A DNA stretch of 32,320 bases from a virus. Taxonomy: Duplodnaviria > Heunggongvirae > Uroviricota > Caudoviricetes. The first letter of the stretch is position 1; each line of letters begins with the position of its first letter. The position numbers were made by a program, and so were the translations under genes. This document shows positions 28,112 to 32,320 of this stretch, in pieces. The notes beneath the pieces are model-generated. The model was not told the DNA's origin. It saw only the letters and a program-made list of their open reading frames with translations, and made no database searches. The stretch covers positions 387,388 through 419,707 of the IMG/VR virus record IMGVR_UViG_3300044557_000292; one strand, given 5' to 3'.

Positions 28112-30445
28112 ATGAGAGACAATGATGCTACTAGCCGGGAGAAGAGCAAGTTCATCGAGTCCATCATAGCCGAATGGCAGAGGAGTAACCCAGCAGAGAA
28201 TCTTGAGGATCACGACATCCCCCTGCTCGTGTCAAGGCTACTGGTCGAGGCGTGCACTGACATTGTTCCTCAGATCATGCCCAACGATGCACCGGCAGAT
28301 GAAAGCGCGTCTAGCGTCATCCACTGGCTGTCTGAGAAGGAGAATCCTATCGTCGGCATACGCGGGACCGCCTATTCCGGTAGGCGGGTGGTCGTTGGAA
28401 TCATAGCATGGAGGTGCTTGCACGACGATCGTGTACCACGATACCTGATGGGCTGCCTCATGAGGACGCTGAGGCCAATCGTGTACAGTGACCCCATGTC
28501 AAGGGAGGCCATCGCGTGGCGGATCTGGCAGAGGGATTACGCCTTCGAAACGGTAGACCAGATCATCATCCACGTGAGGGGTGGAAGATTCGTTGAGGAT
28601 CTCCTCAGGGGCCCACGCCTCCTCGCCACCCCAATCATCGTTGAGGAGGAGACTGATGGGAATATAGAAACGATCCCCACAGCTACCCCATTCATAAGCT
28701 TGTGCAGTGAGTACACCTGGGGCTCTGTCAGCATAGCCATCAAGCCCAGGAGGAACATTAAAGACGTGGCCAACCTCATCTGGAGTGAGGCCATCGCCCC
28801 TAACGGGGAGAAGTACAGGAAGACTTACGGGTGGATCCCAACGAGGGCGGTCGTACGGGAGGCTGCAAGGATAGAATCCCTGACCGTAGATGGGAACATT
28901 GAAGACTATTGCACTAGTAGAGTCTTAACCATTCTTCACTCTGCCATGGACAAGTGGTTCACCCCGGGCTCTGGCCATTCTAAGCTCAGTGTCGGTGATC
29001 TTAGGAGTATAGCCCTCAAGGCATATGTGATACCAGAGATCAAAGATCCATCAGCAGGGCTCGTCCTGAGCGGGTATGACGAGAAGAATGACGACCCTCC
29101 TAGGCCATCAAGACCGTCACCAGCGAATATCCCAAACCACGATCCAGCACATGATCCTGACAAGAACGATCATTCCCACACGACCGGCCCAGGGCGCTAT
29201 GGAGATGGGCGATCCCACGTCAGGGGGTCAGCTAATGGTAAGACGCCAGGTGCAAGGGGTGGCCTGGACGGTGTCAGCAATGGTGGTGGCGCTTATAATC
29301 AGTATGATAATAAAACCCTCATCAAAATGCTGAATGCCGCATTGAAGAGCCCTGAAGATCATATTATGAATGATAGAATCCAGAACATCCTAAGCCAGCT
29401 GTCCTCGAACAAGAAGAGTGGCAGGGTGGATACCGAGACTGAGTCTGAGGAGGAGTCAAGGGATGATGACGCTGCGAGGTTCAAGTTCACGGACCGCGCT
29501 GATCTGCTCAACCAGCTGGAGGATCGCATCATAGGACAAGATGAAGCCCTCAAGCGCGTCGTGAGGCCGATCATGATGAGGAGGGCTGGTATTCGTGATC
29601 ATGACAGGCCGATCGCCGGTCTACTCCTGGCGGGACCGTCGGGCGTAGGTAAGACGGAAACAGCCCTCGCCCTCGCGGATGTGGTATACGGGTCAGAGGA
29701 TAGCCTCATCCGAATTGACTGTTCTAGCATGAAGAACGGCGAGATGTCCGTGTCATCACTCCTTGGATCTGGCAACGGGTACGTTGGGTCTAATCAGGGT
29801 GGGCGGCTCACGAACTGGGTGCGTGATCATAAGGCTGGGGTCATCGTGTTCGATGAGATCGAGAAGGCAAGCCCGGAGATATGGGATGCTGTACTCCTGC
29901 CAATGCTAGACTATGGAAAGATCACTGACGCTTCCAAGGGAACCCGCGATTGTTCTAACTGCATCATCATACTCACAAGCAACATCGGTACGGGCGGCAT
30001 CGGTAAGAACGGGATGAGGAGCGTTGGATTCGGTGGATTAGAATCCAGCATTGATGACGAGATGAAGATCCTCGAGAATGACGTGAGGAATGCCGTGGGT
30101 AAGACGTTCCGTCCAGAGCTTGTCGGCAGGTTGACTGACGTGATCGTGTACCGTCCACTCTCTAATGAAGACTACGCGAAGATCTTCATGGTCCAGTGGG
30201 TGAATAGGGCCGAGCAGTTGAATGGTCTCAACGTGCATGTCGATATTGACGATACCGTCCCCAGGTGGTTCGCATCCCACTGCCGTGAGGACGATCATGG
30301 AGTCAGGGTGCTCGGCAAGATGATCAACGATAAGATCATTGACCCGCTCACTGACATGATCGTGGGGACCGAGGAGCCGTTAGACGTCACCGTGTCGATT
30401 AGCGCTAATGGCGAGGTCAGCATTGAGGATAATCCAGACTTCTGA
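28112..30445 (+). CDS. ClpC-like AAA+ ATPase with degenerate D1 and intact D2
   Basis: D2 has GPSGVGKT, FDEIEKA, TSN, a VGF ClpP-docking loop, FRPELVGR and GVR. D1 aligns with ClpC, but Walker A reads GTAYSGRR and Walker B is lost. Confidence 0.85.
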   Translation: MRDNDATSREKSKFIESIIAEWQRSNPAENLEDHDIPLLVSRLLVEACTDIVPQIMPNDAPADESASSVIHWLSEKENPIVGIRGTAYSGRRVVVGIIAWRCLHDDRVPRYLMGCLMRTLRPIVYSDPMSREAIAWRIWQRDYAFETVDQIIIHVRGGRFVEDLLRGPRLLATPIIVEEETDGNIETIPTATPFISLCSEYTWGSVSIAIKPRRNIKDVANLIWSEAIAPNGEKYRKTYGWIPTRAVVREAARIESLTVDGNIEDYCTSRVLTILHSAMDKWFTPGSGHSKLSVGDLRSIALKAYVIPEIKDPSAGLVLSGYDEKNDDPPRPSRPSPANIPNHDPAHDPDKNDHSHTTGPGRYGDGRSHVRGSANGKTPGARGGLDGVSNGGGAYNQYDNKTLIKMLNAALKSPEDHIMNDRIQNILSQLSSNKKSGRVDTETESEEESRDDDAARFKFTDRADLLNQLEDRIIGQDEALKRVVRPIMMRRAGIRDHDRPIAGLLLAGPSGVGKTETALALADVVYGSEDSLIRIDCSSMKNGEMSVSSLLGSGNGYVGSNQGGRLTNWVRDHKAGVIVFDEIEKASPEIWDAVLLPMLDYGKITDASKGTRDCSNCIIILTSNIGTGGIGKNGMRSVGFGGLESSIDDEMKILENDVRNAVGKTFRPELVGRLTDVIVYRPLSNEDYAKIFMVQWVNRAEQLNGLNVHVDIDDTVPRWFASHCREDDHGVRVLGKMINDKIIDPLTDMIVGTEEPLDVTVSISANGEVSIEDNPDF

Positions 30446-30498
30446 TCAATAGTGATTCCTACCGGCATGTCTTGCACTCGATCCTGTACTCAAGATCA

Positions 30499-30527
30499 TT
30501 ATCCCACGTTTATGCGGTGCTCATCTC
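30499..30527 (+). repeat. Solitary degenerate CRISPR repeat (mini-array type)
   Basis: TTATCCCACGTTTATGCGGTGCTCATCTC is 23/29 identical to the reverse complement of 9844-9872, with a 14-nt identical core. Confidence 0.65.
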
Positions 30528-30530
30528 ACG

Positions 30531-30539
30531 TGTTATAAT
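30531..30539 (+). promoter_or_regulatory. Extended -10 promoter TGTTATAAT
   Basis: TGTTATAATGGAATCG, 3 nt after the solitary repeat and upstream of the ORF at 30592. Confidence 0.65.
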
Positions 30540-30564
30540 GGAATCGTAAGCGAGTGTTACCATC

Positions 30565-31011
30565 ATGGTAACCCATCGGAAAGGAATCGTCATGTCCAAG
30601 CAGGTCTTCAAGTTGAATCACGCGGGAGTGAATTACGGAGTGGAATCAAAGGTGTACAGGGTTGATAGGAATAGCCTGGAGGGTTTAGTCAATCTCATCA
30701 TTGATAGCCTCGATACCTCCCCATTCAATCCACGGCAGATGGAGTTCGAATCGTCCGTGTACAGTCTGGTGGTCATGTACTCGGAACAACTTGCTGCTGC
30801 TTCCGCTAATGACGAAGATGTTGTTTGGATTGACCCCCGGACGTTATCTATAGACATCGTCCATCGGTACGTCGCCAAGAATAATTTTGTTGATTATGGA
30901 TCCAAGAGGGATGACGCAGCATGGCTGTCTGCTTGGAATCAACACTGCAGGGAAGCATTGCCGTCAATCGTGGTCGCCTATGAGTACAACCTAGATCATA
31001 ACAACGATTAG
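30565..31011 (+). CDS. Hypothetical small acidic protein
   Basis: Likely start is ATG 30592 after AAAGGA (139 aa). Confidence 0.7.
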   Translation: MVTHRKGIVMSKQVFKLNHAGVNYGVESKVYRVDRNSLEGLVNLIIDSLDTSPFNPRQMEFESSVYSLVVMYSEQLAAASANDEDVVWIDPRTLSIDIVHRYVAKNNFVDYGSKRDDAAWLSAWNQHCREALPSIVVAYEYNLDHNND

Positions 31012-31038
31012 GGATGAACCCCGCATAGATGAAAATAT
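31011..31038 (-). repeat. Solitary degenerate CRISPR repeat (mini-array type)
   Basis: GGGATGAACCCCGCATAGATGAAAATAT. The first 17 nt match the 9844/9909 consensus. It overlaps the upstream stop codon. Confidence 0.65.
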
Positions 31039-31091
31039 GATATCATGGCATCATGGAAGCATACTGATAATCCACAGGAAAGAAACTCATC

Positions 31092-31661
31092 ATGGAACTC
31101 ATACCATGCATTCAGAACATGTTCACCATCAGTCATGGGAACCAGTATATGGCAGCGGGAATCATCGCCTGCGCGATATTCATCGTCCTCATTGTGGTTG
31201 TTCTTATCGTCATGCATGCACGAGGCAAAAGCGCCAACATCATCAACGGTATCGCCTTCATCCTCGGATCCATCAGTGCCATCATCATGATTGCATTGAT
31301 GTTTCAGTCATCATGGATAAGTCCAGCAGCAGACGTGGCGTGGAACGACTACACCAATGCAATAATCACGAAGAACATCGATAAGATAGAACGATCCTAC
31401 GGCATCACCGATCTTGAGTTCAATGGCGGCAACAGCAAGGACATACTTCTGACCAGTTATAACTTCGATATGAACAAGCTCTCCGATAAGGACAAGGAAA
31501 TCACCAAGGCCTACCGTGATAATGAGCGTAAGGCCGGAGTCCAGATGCAGACCATCACCTTCACACAGGACGGTAAGAGCTACTCGGGAACCATCAAGGA
31601 GAACCTCGGTACCATCACCATATACCGGGACGGCACCATGATATCACCTATACGGCAATAA
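31092..31661 (+). CDS. Membrane protein (2 TM plus soluble C-terminal domain)
   Basis: 189 aa with two strong hydrophobic helices. Confidence 0.7.
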   Translation: MELIPCIQNMFTISHGNQYMAAGIIACAIFIVLIVVVLIVMHARGKSANIINGIAFILGSISAIIMIALMFQSSWISPAADVAWNDYTNAIITKNIDKIERSYGITDLEFNGGNSKDILLTSYNFDMNKLSDKDKEITKAYRDNERKAGVQMQTITFTQDGKSYSGTIKENLGTITIYRDGTMISPIRQ

Positions 31662-31782
31662 ACAGACCGCTCATGCCAGTCCATGTTTGCCGGCCGCCAC
31701 GTTTCGACCATATGAGTGCAAACACAGTTCATGATACATCATGATGATAAGTCAAACCCACAATGACCTGGCCAGCCCCTAT

Positions 31783-31809
31783 GATGAACCTGCAGAAATC
31801 GTGAAATAC
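31783..31809 (-). repeat. Highly degenerate CRISPR repeat on the trailer side of the array
   Basis: GATGAACCTGCAGAAATCGTGAAATAC versus GATGAACCCCGCATAAACGTGGAATAC: 19/27 ungapped, about 23/28 with two gaps. Confidence 0.4.
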
Positions 31810-31920
31810 AGCGGTAATCCTCCCTCACACATACCACATGGATAACTGATGTCGTCCACATCATTGTCGGCAAATCCTCGATATCATCCCCAGGATGACA
31901 ATACCAGGTCAATCATCAGC

Positions 31921-32320
31921 AGGTTCAACCCCGCAATGCGGGGAATACTTTGACAACCCTAGGCTAAGCCAACAAGCGTCTTGGGTTCAACCCCGCAATG
32001 CGGGGAATACTCCACATTGTCAACAATTTTTGTCCATCTGTAGTAGGTTCAACCCCGCAATGCGGGGAATACCATCGTTCATAATTCCTCCTAGAATGCC
32101 ATGCTCGGGTTCAACCCCGCAATGCGGGGAATACAGATCATACTCGTATGATCATACAAGAAGGAGATAGGTTCAACCCCGCAATGCGGGGAATACCAGC
32201 TGGTTCTCAATTCCTCGTCTATATAGATTCAGGTTCAACCCCGCAATGCGGGGAATACGAATGTATCATCGTATGCTACATCTGTATCATCAGGGTTCAA
32301 CCCCGCAATGCGGGGAATAC
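31921..32320 (-). CRISPR. Type I-E-like CRISPR array, 7 repeats and 6 spacers visible, truncated by the window edge
   Basis: Invariant GGTTCAACCCCGCAATGCGGGGAATAC starts at 31922, 31984, 32046, 32108, 32170, 32232 and 32294, always preceded by A or G. The reverse complement GTATTCCCCGCATTGCGGGGTTGAACC(Y) has a 6-bp stem. Spacers are unique. Confidence 0.95.

Noticed and set aside
28112-30445. Calling the ATPase ClpB
   Set aside because: It has no middle coiled-coil signature and it has the VGF ClpP-docking loop that ClpB lacks.
31895-32170. 91-aa ORF across the array
   Set aside because: It is an artefact of translating repeats (STPQCGE and FNPAMRG recur).

Overview
This is a ~32 kb piece of a large mobile element, either a jumbo-type phage or a megaplasmid. 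No virion, integrase, transposase or cas gene is visible, so the type cannot be settled here. Its NrdF, ClpP1/ClpP2, DivIVA-domain, YqeY, PTH2-like and DEDDh proteins look actinobacterial, and Bifidobacteriaceae-like as far as I can recall those families. It carries diverged copies of host housekeeping genes (nrdF, clpP1, a catalytically dead clpP2, a ClpC-like ATPase with a dead first AAA module, HU, DivIVA, YqeY, PTH2, a MacAB/LolD-type ABC transporter) plus an SF2 helicase, a DUF4238-like protein, a Doc toxin with a hidden 39-aa coupled upstream ORF, and an AT-rich island of exported proteins with in-frame stops. The right edge is a type I-E-like CRISPR array (7 repeats, exact 62-nt period) cut by the window end, with no cas genes on this side. 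The most unusual signal is a dispersed set of CRISPR-repeat derivatives in intergenic DNA. It includes solitary repeats at 1306, 30499, 31011 and 31783, weaker candidates at 1236, 10453 and 18814, and a two-repeat mini-array at 9844-9938. The mini-array spacer is itself an extended -10 promoter that is 29/36 identical to another promoter at 1370-1404, and a repeat abuts the same promoter motif again at 30499-30546. All alignments were done by eye; no database searches were run.
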